This document shows, one piece after another, positions 9,838-21,506 of a DNA stretch of 64,000 nucleotides. This DNA is from an uncultured Chloroflexia bacterium (lineage in GTDB: Bacteria > Chloroflexota > Anaerolineae > CG2-30-64-16), in NCBI GenBank assembly GCA_963810095.1, contig CAWEMM010000009.1, forward strand, positions 1-64,000, written 5' to 3'. The notes under the pieces were generated by a model. That model ran no database searches, had not been told where the DNA came from, and worked only from the letters and a program-made list of their open reading frames with translations. Positions within the stretch are counted from its first letter, which is position 1. Each line of letters begins with the position of its first letter. Position numbers and translations under genes: made by a program.

Positions 9838-11996
9838 TGAGCGCGCAAATCCTACCGGGTTCTCCCTACCCCATCGGTGCGACACCGGGCACGGAAGGGG
9901 TCAACTTCAGCCTCTTCGCAGATAAGGCAGACGCGATCGAGCTGCTCTGCTTCGATCGCGTCGACGGTCCGCCCACCCGCGTCATCCGGCTCGATCCGCA
10001 CGAACCAGCGGGAGCCCATCACCACACCTACCACTACTGGCACGTGTGCGTGCCCGACGCGCAGCCCGGGCAGATTTACGCCTACCGCGCGATCGGGCCG
10101 AACGCGCCGGAACGCGGCCTCTGCTATGACGCGGATAAGGTCCTGCTTGACCCCTACGGCCGCGCGGTCGCCGTCCCGGCTGCGTACAGTCGCGAAGCAG
10201 CACGTGCGCCTGGCGACAATGCGGCCACGGCCATGAAGAGCGTCGTGGTCGATTCTTCCGCGTACGACTGGGAAGGTGACGGGCCGCTGCGCCGGCCCAT
10301 CCCGCAGACGGTGGTCTACGAGATGCACGTAGCCGGCTTCACGCGCCACCCCAACTCGGGCGTGACGCCGGAGAAGCGCGGCACATACGCCGGTCTCGTG
10401 GAGAAAATCCCCTATCTGCAAGACCTGGGCATCACCGCGGTCGAGCTGCTGCCGGTCTTCCAGTTCGACCCCTCGACCGCGCCGGCCGGACAGACCAACT
10501 ATTGGGGCTACCAGCCGATCGCTTTCTTCGCGCCGCACACCGCCTACAGCTCGCGGCAGGACGCGCTCGGTGTGCTGGACGAATTCCGGGACATGGTGAA
10601 AGCGCTTCATCGGGCCGGCATCGAGGTGATCCTCGACGTGGTGTACAACCACACCGGAGAGGCCTTCGGCTGGACGCCAGGTGGCGCACATGCTTCCCTG
10701 AGCTTCCGGGGACTGGCGAACGACGTATATTACATCGTGGACCCGGCGGACAGGTCGCGGTACCTCGACTACACGGGCTGCGGCAACACCTTGAACGCCG
10801 GCAATGCTGTGGTACGCCGGCTTATGCTCGACAGCCTGCGCTACTGGGTGCAGGAGATGCACGTCGACGGCTTCCGATTTGACCTGGCATCCGTGCTGAC
10901 GCGTGACAGCGACGGCCGGCCGCTGGCCAACCCCCCAGTGATTTGGGACATCGACTCAGACCCGGTGCTTGCGGGCACTAAACTGATTGCGGAGGCGTGG
11001 GACGCGGCGGGCCTGTACCAGGTGGGGGCGTTCGTCGGCGACGTGTGGAAGGAGTGGAACGGCCGGTACCGCGACGACGTGCGCAGTTTCATCAAGGGCG
11101 ACAACGGCACGGTCCGCAACCTCGCTCTCCGGCTGACCGGCAGCCCGGATATCTACGGCAACGTCCAGCGCGAGCCCGAGCGAAGCATCAATTTCGTCAC
11201 CGTCCACGACGGCTTCACGCTCAATGACCTCGTCTCCTATAATGACAAGCACAACCAGGCCAATGGCGAAGACAATCGGGACGGCAGCAACGACAACCGC
11301 AGTTGGAACTGTGGCGTGGAGGGGCCAACTGACGATGGGGAGATTGAAGCGCTGCGGAACCGCCAGGTCAAGAACTTTTTCGCGCTCCTGCTGGCCTCGA
11401 CCGGCGGCCCGCTGATCCAAATGGGTGACGAGGTCCGCCGAACACAGCGGGGCAACAACAACGCGTACTGCCAGGACAATGAGATCAGTTGGCTCGACTG
11501 GGCCTTGATCGAAAAGCACCAGGACGTCCACCGCTTCGTCAAGATGATGATCGCCTCCCGCCTGCACTACGGCGAAGGGCGATCCGAAGTGGACACGCTG
11601 CCGGAACTGCTGAAGAGCCTGGGCATCGAATTCCATGGCGTCGACGGGGGTGCGCCGGATGAAGGCGTCACCTCCCATACGCTGGCCATGCTTCGTAAAA
11701 CGTTCTCGGGGCGCGAGTGGATCTATTTGATCTGCAACGCCTACTGGGAACCGCTCGACTTCGTGCTCCCGACGACCGGGACGCCTGCGGTAGGGGCGCC
11801 CGTAGTCCACTCGCTCTCAGCTGCGGAGCCCCCTGCAGAGGGCCCAGGGCAGGGGTGGCAGGTATGGATCGATACCACTTGTGCTTCGCCCGACGACATC
11901 CACCCCTGGGACCAGATGCCACCGGTCACCGGAACGTCATATCGCGCCGGCCCGCGCTCGGTCGCGGCGCTCGTGAAGAAGTCAGGCGCGCTTTAG
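9837..11996 (+). CDS. glgX: Glycogen debranching enzyme (isoamylase, GH13)
   Basis: [55 protein letters not shown]. Confidence 0.95.
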   Translation: MSAQILPGSPYPIGATPGTEGVNFSLFADKADAIELLCFDRVDGPPTRVIRLDPHEPAGAHHHTYHYWHVCVPDAQPGQIYAYRAIGPNAPERGLCYDADKVLLDPYGRAVAVPAAYSREAARAPGDNAATAMKSVVVDSSAYDWEGDGPLRRPIPQTVVYEMHVAGFTRHPNSGVTPEKRGTYAGLVEKIPYLQDLGITAVELLPVFQFDPSTAPAGQTNYWGYQPIAFFAPHTAYSSRQDALGVLDEFRDMVKALHRAGIEVILDVVYNHTGEAFGWTPGGAHASLSFRGLANDVYYIVDPADRSRYLDYTGCGNTLNAGNAVVRRLMLDSLRYWVQEMHVDGFRFDLASVLTRDSDGRPLANPPVIWDIDSDPVLAGTKLIAEAWDAAGLYQVGAFVGDVWKEWNGRYRDDVRSFIKGDNGTVRNLALRLTGSPDIYGNVQREPERSINFVTVHDGFTLNDLVSYNDKHNQANGEDNRDGSNDNRSWNCGVEGPTDDGEIEALRNRQVKNFFALLLASTGGPLIQMGDEVRRTQRGNNNAYCQDNEISWLDWALIEKHQDVHRFVKMMIASRLHYGEGRSEVDTLPELLKSLGIEFHGVDGGAPDEGVTSHTLAMLRKTFSGREWIYLICNAYWEPLDFVLPTTGTPAVGAPVVHSLSAAEPPAEGPGQGWQVWIDTTCASPDDIHPWDQMPPVTGTSYRAGPRSVAALVKKSGAL

Positions 11997-12012
11997 AGAG
12001 AAGGAGCTAAGC

Positions 12013-14755
12013 ATGTCAACAGATAAGACGAGTACGGGCACGGGGTTTGTGGACGTGACCGAGCAGAAGCGGCTGAACGATGCCCGGGAGAAGGGCATCC
12101 CCTGGAAGAAGTGGGGACCCTACCTTAGCGAGCGGCAGTGGGGCACGGTGCGGGAAGACTACAGCACGGACGGCAATGCCTGGGCCTACTTCAGCCACGA
12201 CCAGTCTCGCTCGCGCGCCTACCGCTGGGGCGAGGACGGCCTGGGCGGGATCTCCGACGACGAGCAGCGGCTCTGCTTTGCGCTCGCGCTCTGGAACGAG
12301 CACGACGCGATCCTCAAGGAACGCGCCTTCGGTCTGACCAACAGCGAGGGCAACCACGGCGAAGACGTCAAAGAGTACTACTTCTATCTCGACTCGACGC
12401 CGACGCACTCGTACATGAAATACCTGTACAAGTACCCGCAGCGGGCGTTCCCCTACGGCGACCTGATCGAAACGAACGGACGCCGGGGGCGGCAGGATTT
12501 CGAGTACGAGCTGATCGACACGGGCATCTTCGACGACAACCGGTACTTCGACGTCTTTCTGGAATACGCCAAGGCCGGGCCGGACGACATCCTGATCCAG
12601 GTCACAGTCCACAACCGCGGGCCGGAAGCCGCCAGGCTCCAGGTGCTCCCGACGCTCTGGTTTCGGAACACGTGGTCGTGGAAAAAAGGGACAGCCAAAC
12701 CGAACCTGCATGAAGCCGGTGGGGCGGTTCGCGCGTCACACAGTGAGCTCGGCGAGTACACCCTGTACTGCGATGGCGCACCGGAGCTTCTCTTCACCGA
12801 GAACGAGAGCAACGCTCAGCGCCTCTGGGGCCAGCCGAATGCTTCGCCCTGGGTCAAGGACGCGTTCCACCGCTACGTCGTGTCGGGCGAGAGTGGCGCG
12901 GTCAACCCGGCCAGGACCGGCACGAAGGCCGCCGCCCGCTACATCCTGGATGTGCCCGCGGGCGGGCTCCTCCGTGGTGCGCCTCCGCCTGTCTGCCTCC
13001 GCGCAGGCGGCCCCGTTCGGCGACTTCGACGCGACATTCGCCGCGCGCCTCACCGACGCGGACGAGTTCTACCAGCGGATCACGGCCCGTTCGCTGAGTG
13101 AGGACGAGCGGCTGGTTCACCGGCAGGCGCTCGCCGGCATGCTCTGGGGCAAGCAGTATTACCTGTTCGACGTGGACACCTGGCTCAAGGAGCACGACGC
13201 GCACCCGCTGCTGGGCGGCCTGAACAAGGTGCGGAACGCCGATTGGTTCCATATGTTCAACGGCGACGTGATCTCGATGCCCGACAAGTGGGAGTACCCC
13301 TGGTACGCGGCCTGGGATCTGGCGTTCCACACGATTTCGCTCGCGCTGGTGGACTTCGACTTCGCTAAGGAACAGCTCCTGTTAATGCTGCGCAGTCTCT
13401 ATTTCCACCCCAACGGGCAGATTCCCGCCTACGAGTGGAACTTCAGCGACGTGAACCCGCCCGTCCACGCCTGGGCCACCCTGTACCTGTTTAAGGTCGA
13501 GCAGACTCTGGGCCGCGAGGACGTCAAGTTCCTCGAGCGCGCGTACAACGGCCTCAAGCTCAACTTCAACTGGTGGGTCAACCGTAAGGACCCGCAAGGG
13601 CGCAACGTCTTCGCCGGTGGTTTCCTGGGTCTCGACAATATCGGCGTCTTCGACCGCAGCGCGCAGCTGCCCACGGGCGGCTCACTCGAGCAGGCCGACG
13701 GCACCGCCTGGATGGCCTTCTACTGCCAGAACATGATCGAAATGGCCCTCATTCTGGCCGAGCACGACCCGCAGTATGAGGAAGACGCGTTCAACTTCCT
13801 GCAGCACTTCATGTGGATCGCCTTTGCGATGGACCGGATCGGCGACCATCACGATGAGATGTGGGACGAGGAGGACGGCTTCTTTTACGATGTGCTGCGC
13901 CTGCCCGACGGCTCAGCCACGCGCCTGAAGGTTCGCTCCATGGTGGGGCTGCTCCCGCTGTGCGCAAGCACGGTGTTCGAGCCAGACTACACGACCAAGT
14001 TCCCCAGGTTGATGGAGTTGATCAAGCTGTTCAGCGAGCGTTACCCCGAGGTGTTGGCCCAGGTCGCGCCTTCTCCAGACGGCTACATTGGCTACGGCGG
14101 GCGCCGCTCGCTTTCCCCGCTGTCCAAGACGCGCCTCGAACGAGTCTTGCGCTATCTGCTGGACGAGAACGAGTTCCTCGGTCCGTACGGCATCCGGTCC
14201 CTCTCCAAGTATCACCAGGAGCACCCATTCGCGGTCCAGGCCGGCGGTCAGACCTTCGGCGTGTCGTATGTACCGGCCGAATCAGACACGGGCATGTTTG
14301 GCGGCAACTCCAATTGGCGGGGACCCGTCTGGATGCCGGTCAACGTGCTCATCGTGCGCGGGCTGCTGAACCTCTACGGGTTCTACGGCGACGACTTCAC
14401 GGTCGAGTGTCCAACGGGTTCGGGAGTCCGGATGACGCTCTTCGAGGTGGCTAAGGAGATCTCCCGGCGGCTCGCCAGCATCTTCCTGCGGGACGAGAAG
14501 GGGCGCCGGCCTGTCTACGGCGGCGCTGCGAAGTTCCAGGATGACCCGCACTGGCGCGACCTGATCCTGTTCTACGAGTACTTCCACGGCGACAACGGCG
14601 CGGGGCTGGGCGCGAGCCATCAGACCGGTTGGACGGGGACCATCGCCCGCCTGCTGGACTTGTTTGGCCGGGTCGGGCCGTCTGATGTGCTGCTTACGCC
14701 GAAGGAACGCACGATTGAACGCCTCGTCCGCGAGCAGGTCGGCGGGAACGAATAG
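12013..14755 (+). CDS. GH63/MGH1-like glucosidase; frameshift near 12965
   Basis: [70 protein letters not shown]; split over ORFs 12013..13101 and 12710..14755. Confidence 0.9.
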
Positions 14756-14846
14756 GAGGCCACTATTTCGCGCACGAGCACCGGTGGCACATGCCTGGAA
14801 CCGCTCAGAACTGAAGGACCCACATCCTTAATGGCTCTTTGAGAGC

Positions 14847-14875
14847 CTGACAAAACGACGGCAATAGCGTATGAT
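14847..14875 (+). promoter_or_regulatory. Putative sigma70 promoter for DUF6325-SHOCT
   Basis: CTGACA-17 bp-TATGAT; both hexamers are conserved in the diverged copy (40465-40494). Confidence 0.65.
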
Positions 14876-14947
14876 GAGTAAGTTGCGGCTGGCCGCAGCC
14901 CGGTACCGGGCTGAAAGCCCGTTCGTACCTGCGAAAGGAGAAACCCA

Positions 14948-15382
14948 ATGTCTTTAGGACCCGTCGATTTCATCGCCCTCGAGTTCCCCGGGAACCGGTT
15001 CAAGGGCGAGATCGTGCCCGACCTGCTTGATCTCGTCGAACGTGAGGTAATCCGGATCTACGATCTGGTGATCGTCACCAAGCGCGTGGACGGCATGGTC
15101 GAGGTGCGCGAGCTGCAGGAGCTCGATCCTGCGGAACTGTCCATTGTCGATCCGTTCAAGGCCGAGGTCAGCCACATGATCACGGAGCTGGACATCCAGG
15201 CGATCGCCGAGAAGCTTGACGACAACAGCACGGCCGCGCTGATGCTGATCGAAAACCTCTGGGCGAAGAAAACCAAGCAAGCAATGGAAGACGCTGATGG
15301 CAGGCTGGTCCTGTTCGAGCGCATTCCGCACGACGTGGTCGAGGAAGCACTGGCGGAAATCACGGCGCTGTCCGCGGCCTGA
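14948..15382 (+). CDS. DUF6325-like acidic protein
   Basis: MSLGPVDFIALEFPGNRFKGEI...ENLWA...FERIP; AAGGAG RBS. Confidence 0.85.
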   Translation: MSLGPVDFIALEFPGNRFKGEIVPDLLDLVEREVIRIYDLVIVTKRVDGMVEVRELQELDPAELSIVDPFKAEVSHMITELDIQAIAEKLDDNSTAALMLIENLWAKKTKQAMEDADGRLVLFERIPHDVVEEALAEITALSAA

Positions 15383-15402
15383 ACAGACACGGGAGGTCTA
15401 TT

Positions 15403-15789
15403 ATGATGAGAAGAGGACGAGGAGCGCCGCTGCTACGCAGGACGGTCGCCGTCGCAGCTACGACGGCGGTTGTTGCAGGGACGGCGGGCGCGGTCCACCA
15501 TCACCAGGATCAGAAGTACGCCCAGCAAAACGCGGCTGCCCAGCAGCAATATGCGGAACAAGACGCGGCCGCACAGCAGGAAATGCAGGCGGCACAGCAA
15601 CAGGCCTACGAGCAGGGTCTGGCCGACGCCCAAGCGCAGCAGCAAGCTGCCCCCACGCCTGCGCCCGCACCGGCCGCTGCCGGGTCTGACCTGACGGCGC
15701 AGCTGCAGCAGCTGGCGCAGCTGCACGATGCCGGTGTGCTGGACGATGCGGAGTTCGCAGCGGCCAAGCAGAAACTGCTGGCCGGCTGA
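15403..15789 (+). CDS. SHOCT-domain protein
   Basis: Ala/Val-rich N-terminal helix, Gln/Ala-rich linker, C-terminal QLQQLAQLHDAGVLDDAEFAAAKQKLL. Confidence 0.9.
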   Translation: MMRRGRGAPLLRRTVAVAATTAVVAGTAGAVHHHQDQKYAQQNAAAQQQYAEQDAAAQQEMQAAQQQAYEQGLADAQAQQQAAPTPAPAPAAAGSDLTAQLQQLAQLHDAGVLDDAEFAAAKQKLLAG

Positions 15790-15897
15790 GAAACGTCAGG
15801 TAGTTCGCGTGCGCAGGCACGGCTATATGGACGCGGGAGTCAGCAGACCGAAAATGACCGTCTAGTGGCTGCCGATAAAGACCAAGGGAGAAAGCAA

Positions 15898-16398
15898 ATG
15901 GGCAACCAACTCGTACTCGCATTCTTCACTAACGAAGATGAGGCCGACTACGCCGTAAACGAGATCAAGGGCTGGGACAAGGCCAGCAAGGACGTCAAGC
16001 TCGGCGCGATCGGCGTCCTGGTCAAGGATGAAAAGGGCAAGATCAAGACCCACAAGCTCGGTGCGCGCAAAGGCAAGACCGGCGCGGTCCTCTTCGGGCT
16101 GGTTGGCCTCTTGAGCGGCGGCATGACCGTCCTCGGCGGCGCGGTGCTCGGCGGCATCCTGGGCTCCCTCTTCCACAAGGGACTGGGGATGTCGAAGGAG
16201 GACCTGGCGCGCATCGACGACGACCTGAACGGCGGCAAGGCGGCTGTGGCCATCCTGGCCGACACAGATGAGGCGGCCGCCGTCGCCGCCAAGCTGGCGG
16301 AACTGGGCGGCGTGCCAGAATCGCACGACGTCTCTGACGAAGCGGTCCAGGAAGCGACTGCGGCCGCAGAGGCGGCGCCAGAAGAGCCTGCGGCCTAG
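15898..16398 (+). CDS. DUF1269-like glycine-zipper membrane protein
   Basis: LVLAFF.NEDEA...GAVLFGLVGLLSGG..VLGGAVLGGILG; GGAG RBS. Confidence 0.75.
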   Translation: MGNQLVLAFFTNEDEADYAVNEIKGWDKASKDVKLGAIGVLVKDEKGKIKTHKLGARKGKTGAVLFGLVGLLSGGMTVLGGAVLGGILGSLFHKGLGMSKEDLARIDDDLNGGKAAVAILADTDEAAAVAAKLAELGGVPESHDVSDEAVQEATAAAEAAPEEPAA

Positions 16399-16450
16399 CC
16401 TGTCGTCATCGGGTGCTGCAAAGCGCCCGGCGATCGCTCTCTGTATCAGC

Positions 16451-16489
16451 GCCGGCGCATGAACTCCGTGAGGGGGTTCGTGCGCCGGC
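16451..16489. terminator. Intergenic hairpin
   Basis: gccggcgcatgaactcc-gtga-gggggttcgtgcgccggc with G-U pairs. Confidence 0.45.
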
Positions 16490-16736
16490 CCCCGCAGCAG
16501 GTTATTCCCAAGCGTCGCTGTCTTCACCAACTAGCCGCGACCCAGGTCACTGCTTCGGACTTTTCCGGCAGTATGATGCCGACGTACATGTCGATCGCTC
16601 CCATCGTCACGCCGTTGATCTTGATCCCCACCATGCGTGCTCGGGGGAAGCGTGGGCAAGGCGAGGGACCTGCACCCTTAATAGATCTTTCGGATGCTCC
16701 CCCGCATCTCACTGTCGGAAAGGAAAGGGTGTCAGT

Positions 16737-17153
16737 ATGCGAAACACGAACAACAACTCAGGGTGCCTGACCGCCTTCATCGCATCGTTCTCACGCATCA
16801 CGCTACTGTTTGCCTGGTTCGCCCGACCTGCGTTGATGAATGCCGCCTTCGGCTCGGTCATCATCCCGTGCCTGGGCTTCCTGTTCCTGCCGTTCACGAC
16901 GCTGATGTACGTCATCCTCATCCAAGGTCCTGGCAAGATTCAAGGCCTGGACTGGCTGTGGCTCGTCCTGGCGGCCATCATGGACCTGGCCAGCATCGCG
17001 GGCGCCGGGGCAGCCAACCGCAATCGCATCCCTCCCGGCTATCCGGGCTCCTACCAGGAGAAGGAACTCTATGACCCGGTGACCGGGCAACCGCGTGCGG
17101 AAACAAGGGCCGCTGCCCCTGCCCCGGACCAGTCATCGGAAACGAAGCAATAA
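16737..17153 (+). CDS. Small multi-pass membrane protein, paralogue of 7558-7884
   Basis: GCL...LGFLFLPFTTLMY...IQGLDWLW...MD...AANRNRIPPGYP. Confidence 0.8.
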   Translation: MRNTNNNSGCLTAFIASFSRITLLFAWFARPALMNAAFGSVIIPCLGFLFLPFTTLMYVILIQGPGKIQGLDWLWLVLAAIMDLASIAGAGAANRNRIPPGYPGSYQEKELYDPVTGQPRAETRAAAPAPDQSSETKQ

Positions 17154-17219
17154 GCTCAGTTGCGTCCTCGATTCTTGCTGGCCGCAATGGTCTAGCATGT
17201 CATCGAAAGGAGACATTGG

Positions 17220-19583
17220 ATGGCCATAAAGACGTACAAAGACGGGACCCCGTTCACCGGCGTCATCGGACGCACGACAGAAGAATCATCGCCGGCCTGG
17301 CCCGAGCCGTCGCGCCCCCGGAAGGTGCACCCAACGTGCTGTTCTTCGTGCTGGACGACGTAGGCTACGGGCAGTTGTCCAGCTTCGGCGGGCTGGTGGA
17401 GACGCCCGTGCTGGACAGCCTCGCAGCAGATGGTCTGCGCTACACCAACGTGCACACCACGGCGTTGTGCTCGCCCTCGCGTGGCTGCATCCTGACCGGG
17501 CGCAACCACCACTCGATCGGCCTGGCCTCGATCACCGAGACCTCCACGGGATACCCCGGCTACAACGGCATCCTGCCCTTCGACAAGGGCATGCTCAGCG
17601 AGATGCTGGCGCCGAAGGGCTACAACACCTTCTGCGTCGGTAAGTGGCACCTGACCCCCCCGGAGCACATGACGCCCGCCGGCCCCTACGACCGCTGGCC
17701 GCTGGGCCGAGGCTTCGAGCGCTATTACGGCTTCATGGGCGGCGAGACCAACCAATGGTATCCGGAGCTGACCTACGACAACCATGAGGTCGAGCAGCCC
17801 AAGTCACCGGAAGAGGGCTACCACCTGAGCATCGACCTGGCCGACAAGGCGATCGAATTCATCCAGGACGCGCACGTCAACGCGCCGGACAAGCCGTTCT
17901 TCCTCTACTACGCCACGGGCGCCGGCCATGCCCCGCACCACGTGCCCAAAGAGTGGGCGGACAAGTACAAGGGCAGGTTCGACATGGGCTGGGACGAGTA
18001 TCGCAAGATCGTGCACCAGCGCCAGCTCGAGATGGGGATCATCCCGCCGGGCGCCGAGCTGTCAGCGCACGATCCCGACGTTCCGGCTTGGGACACGCTC
18101 GAACCGGACGCCAAGCGGCTCTTTGCCCGCATGATGGAAGTGTTCGCCGGCTTCATGAGTTTCACGGATTACCACTTCGGGCGCATCCTCGAGTTTCTCA
18201 AAGAGATCGGCGAGTTGGACAACACGCTCATCATGGTTGTCTCCGATAACGGCGCCAGTTCGGAGGGCGGACCGGTCGGGTCGCTCAACGAGATGTTCTT
18301 CTTTAACAACGCCAAGGAGACGCTGGCAGATAACCTCGCAATGATCGACAAGTTGGGCAGCCCCGACACGTTGAACCACTACGCGTGGGGCTGGACGAAC
18401 GCGGGCAACACGCCGTTCCGCCGCTGGAAGCGCGAGACCTATCGGGGCGGCACGACCGACCCGTGCATCGTGTCCTGGCCCAAGGGCATCCAGGCGCGCG
18501 GCGAAGTCCGGACCCAGTACGCTCATATCATCGACTTTGTGCCGACCGTTTTGGAGGCCCTGGGCACCGACGCACCACAGAGCATTCGCGGTGTAACGCA
18601 GGCGCCGCTCGACGGCATCAGCTTCGCTCACACCTTCAACGACGCGACTGCCCTTAGCAACCACCACACGCAGTACTTCGAGATGTTCGGCCACCGGTCG
18701 ATCTACCACAACGGCTGGCGAGCGGTTTGTCCGTGGCCCGGACCCAACTTCACGGAGGCCGCCAAGAAGGGTCGCGCGTTCGGCTCCCCGATCCCCAACG
18801 ACGTGCTACAAGATATCGAGGCCAACGACTGGGAGCTTTACCACATCGACGAGGACTACTCGGAGTGCCATGACGTGGCCGCCGCAAACCGCGACAAGCT
18901 GATCGAAATGATCGGCCGCTGGTGGGCCGAGGCGGGCAAGTACAACGTGCTGCCGATCGATGGCGATGTTCGCAGCCGGCTCAACGTGGAACGCCCGACG
19001 ATTGCCAAGCCACGGAACAAGATTGTCTATTACCCGGGCGGGTCGTCGGTCCCCTTTGCTGCCACGCCCAAGATCTATAACCGGCCGTGGAGCGTTACAG
19101 CCGACGTCGTGATCCCGGAGGGCGGCGCCGAGGGCGTGCTGTTGGCCCAAGGTGGCCGCTCGGGCGGTTTCTCCTTCTTCGTCAAAGATCACAGACTCTA
19201 CTTCCTATACAACTGGCTAGGCCACGACAGGTTCTGGCTCAAGTCCGAGGCGCAGATTCCCGAAGGCGAAGTTGAGTTACGCTACGAGTTCGAGCCATGC
19301 GGTGCGCCCAATATTGCCGAGGGGAAGGGAGTTCCCGCCGCGGGGTCAGTTGTACATCGACCGCAAGCTGGTAGCCAGCATCAACATGCCTTTCTCGATC
19401 CTGGTCATCTTCGGCACTGAGGGCCTAACCTGCGGCTATGACGGCGGCGATCACGTGGCCGCCGAGGAGTATAGCGATGAGTTCCGCTTCAGCGGGACCA
19501 TCAAGCGCGTCACCCTGGATCTGTCCGGCGAGTTGATCGAGGATAGTGAGGCTGACCTGAAGGTCGCCATGGCGCGGCAGTAG
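17220..19583 (+). CDS. Cytoplasmic arylsulfatase (Cys-type) with C-terminal beta domain; frameshifts near 17316 and 19340
   Basis: MAIKTYKDGTPFTGVIGRTTEESSPAWP, then PNVLFFVLDDVGYG, CSPSRGCILTGR (CxPxR), GKWH, GHAPHH, SDNG, ...KVAMARQ; AGGAG RBS; no signal peptide. Confidence 0.92.
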
Positions 19584-19647
19584 TCATCGGCGCCCGAAGG
19601 GTTCCCAAAGGACGCTTCGGGCGTCACTCAACTAAAGGAGTCAGACG

Positions 19648-20338
19648 ATGTTTGACCTTCCACTGGAATACGAGCCCGCCCACCAGCTGCATGCCCAGCG
19701 TGTTTGGCTCCTTCTTCTCACCCGCGGCGGCCGCCGAGCTCGCGCAGCCGTATGATCTGCCCCTCAGCCAGGCGCGCGTGCTCATCGCGCAGGGCGACCT
19801 CCAAGCCGCGCTGGCGTTGCTCGAAACACGGCGGCGGGAAGTGGAAGCCTGGAATTGGGTCGACGAACGGCTGAAGGCGCTGGTGCTGCAGGCCCTTGCG
19901 CTCCACCCTTGCGGCGAACACGCGGCTGCGCTGCAGGTGCTCCGCGACATGCTGACCGCGGTCGAAGGGGGCGGCTTCGTTCGGCTCTTCCTCGATGAAG
20001 GGCCGTCGATGGCCGAAATGCTGTCGGCCGCAGCCGACCAGGGCATTTACCCGGCCTATGCGGGGAAGCTGCTGCACGCTTTCGGCGCGCAGAAACAAGC
20101 TGACGCGGCTGCGGCCGCGGCCACCACCTCCACCGCCTCGCCGGTCGAGCCGCGCACATCGCGCGAACTGGAAGTCCTCCACTTGATCTCCGAGGGTCTC
20201 TCGAACCAGGAAATCGGCGCGCGCCTGTTCCTCGCCCTGGACACCGTCAAGGGGCACAACCGCCGCATCTTCGACAAGCTGCAGGTGCAGCGCCGTACGG
20301 AAGCCATTGCCCGCGGCCGCGAGCTGGGATTGCTGTAA
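19648..20338 (+). pseudogene. C-terminal part of a MalT-like LuxR regulator (TPR tail plus LuxR HTH); ATPase domain absent
   Basis: FVRLFLDEGPSM, RELEVLHLISEGLSNQEIG..LFLALDTVKGHNRRIFDKLQVQRRTEAIAR; AAGGAG-ATG at 19648 is in a different frame from the HTH-coding ORF. Confidence 0.75.
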
Positions 20339-20502
20339 TCTCCACCTCTTGGCACTTCCCCGTACCCGCGCAAGATAACACTTCAGCCCACACCAAAGTG
20401 TCTACCCAATAATACCGGCGCGCCCTTATACTGCTGGCATATCAAGGAAGCGACTCGGACAGTGACCGCCGCTGCGGGAGTGCATCGGGAACGGAGGTGG
20501 AA

Positions 20503-21216
20503 ATGCGACGCATCTGCATCGTCGGCGCTTCGGGGAAGCTCGGCCGGTACATGGTGCAGCACGCGCTGGACCGCAACTACGAGGTCGTCGGCGTCTGCCG
20601 GGAGCGCAGCGTCGGGAAGCTGGACGCCTTCCATGGACGCATTACCGTTGTGCCCGGCTTTACGAACGATCGGGCGGTGATCCAAAAAGCGGTCGCCGGG
20701 TGCGCCGGCGTGCTCACCGTGCTGGTGCCGTGGGGCGTGAATCACTACGCCTCGGGCACTGCGCAAGCTGTACTCGACTACGCCGAGCCCGGCGCGCGCT
20801 TGATCTTTTCCTGCGGCTGGCACATCACACGCGACGGCCTGGATGTGTACCCAGCATCCCTCAAGCGAGAGGAGCTGGTCGCCCGCTGGCTGGGACGGCT
20901 GACCCACATGGTGGACATTGACGACCAGATCGCAGCCTGCCGCCGCATTTTCGCCAGCGCCGCCCGCTGGACAGTCGTGCGCGGCAGCGACTTGGAAGAG
21001 GGCGAGAGCCAGGGCCTACCGGCGTGGAGCGAACACGTTGGCGATCCCATCCTGGCCAGCAATATGACCCGCCGCGTGGACTATGCCCTCTTCATGGTGG
21101 CAGCCCTGGAAAACGACGCGCTCGTGCGCGAGGCGCCGGCGATCGTCGGCTGCCAGACCCCCTCGGCGCTGGCGGCCAGGCAGGGAGCCGGAGTTGGAAA
21201 GGCAAATGAGCGATGA
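20503..21216 (+). CDS. NAD(P)H-binding oxidoreductase (flavin reductase/BVR-B-like)
   Basis: ICIVGASGKLG Rossmann motif, WTVVRG, TRRVDYA; GGAGG RBS. Confidence 0.85.
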   Translation: MRRICIVGASGKLGRYMVQHALDRNYEVVGVCRERSVGKLDAFHGRITVVPGFTNDRAVIQKAVAGCAGVLTVLVPWGVNHYASGTAQAVLDYAEPGARLIFSCGWHITRDGLDVYPASLKREELVARWLGRLTHMVDIDDQIAACRRIFASAARWTVVRGSDLEEGESQGLPAWSEHVGDPILASNMTRRVDYALFMVAALENDALVREAPAIVGCQTPSALAARQGAGVGKANER

Positions 21217-21458
21217 CGACTCACCGGCTGGCCAACTCAGAGGGACCGCTGGTGTATGAGATCAGGATCAAAGGCCAGCTTGACAGTCGATGGGGAGACT
21301 GGTTCGAGGGCCTGACCATCACGCTGGCCGAGGAAGGCGATACGCTGCTGACCGGCCCCGTAGCTGATCAGGCCGCGCTGCATGGGTTGCTCAAGAAGGT
21401 GCGCGATTTGGGAATGCCGTTGCTCTCGGTCAATCAGGTCGCGGACAAAACGTCGTAG
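21213..21458 (+). CDS. Small conserved hypothetical protein
   Basis: YEIRIKGQLD..W.DWFEG...TLLTGPVADQAALHGLL.KVRDLG.PLLSVN; ATGA overlap. Confidence 0.8.
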   Translation: MTTHRLANSEGPLVYEIRIKGQLDSRWGDWFEGLTITLAEEGDTLLTGPVADQAALHGLLKKVRDLGMPLLSVNQVADKTS

Positions 21459-21506
21459 AAACCGGATGAGTTGGCGCAAAAGAACAGGTGAAGAAGGAGA
21501 CATAGA

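Larger units (their letters stand above)
14587..15790 (+). repeat. Copy 1 of a 1.2-kb dispersed direct repeat (copy 2 at 40204-41408)
   Basis: Collinear from cggcgacaacggcgcgggg to ggctgag; coding parts near-identical, intergenic part clearly diverged. Confidence 0.97.

Noticed and set aside
16490-16712. Minus-strand ORF (MVGIKINGVTMGAIDMY...) ending at TGA, considered as a third Sec candidate
   Set aside because: No recognisable family, no Cys-motif context and no convincing RBS.
19624-19720. Minus-strand peptide PNTLGMQLVGGLVFQ resembling a histidine-kinase C-terminus
   Set aside because: Very short match with no other kinase motifs; it overlaps a better-supported plus-strand RBS-ATG.
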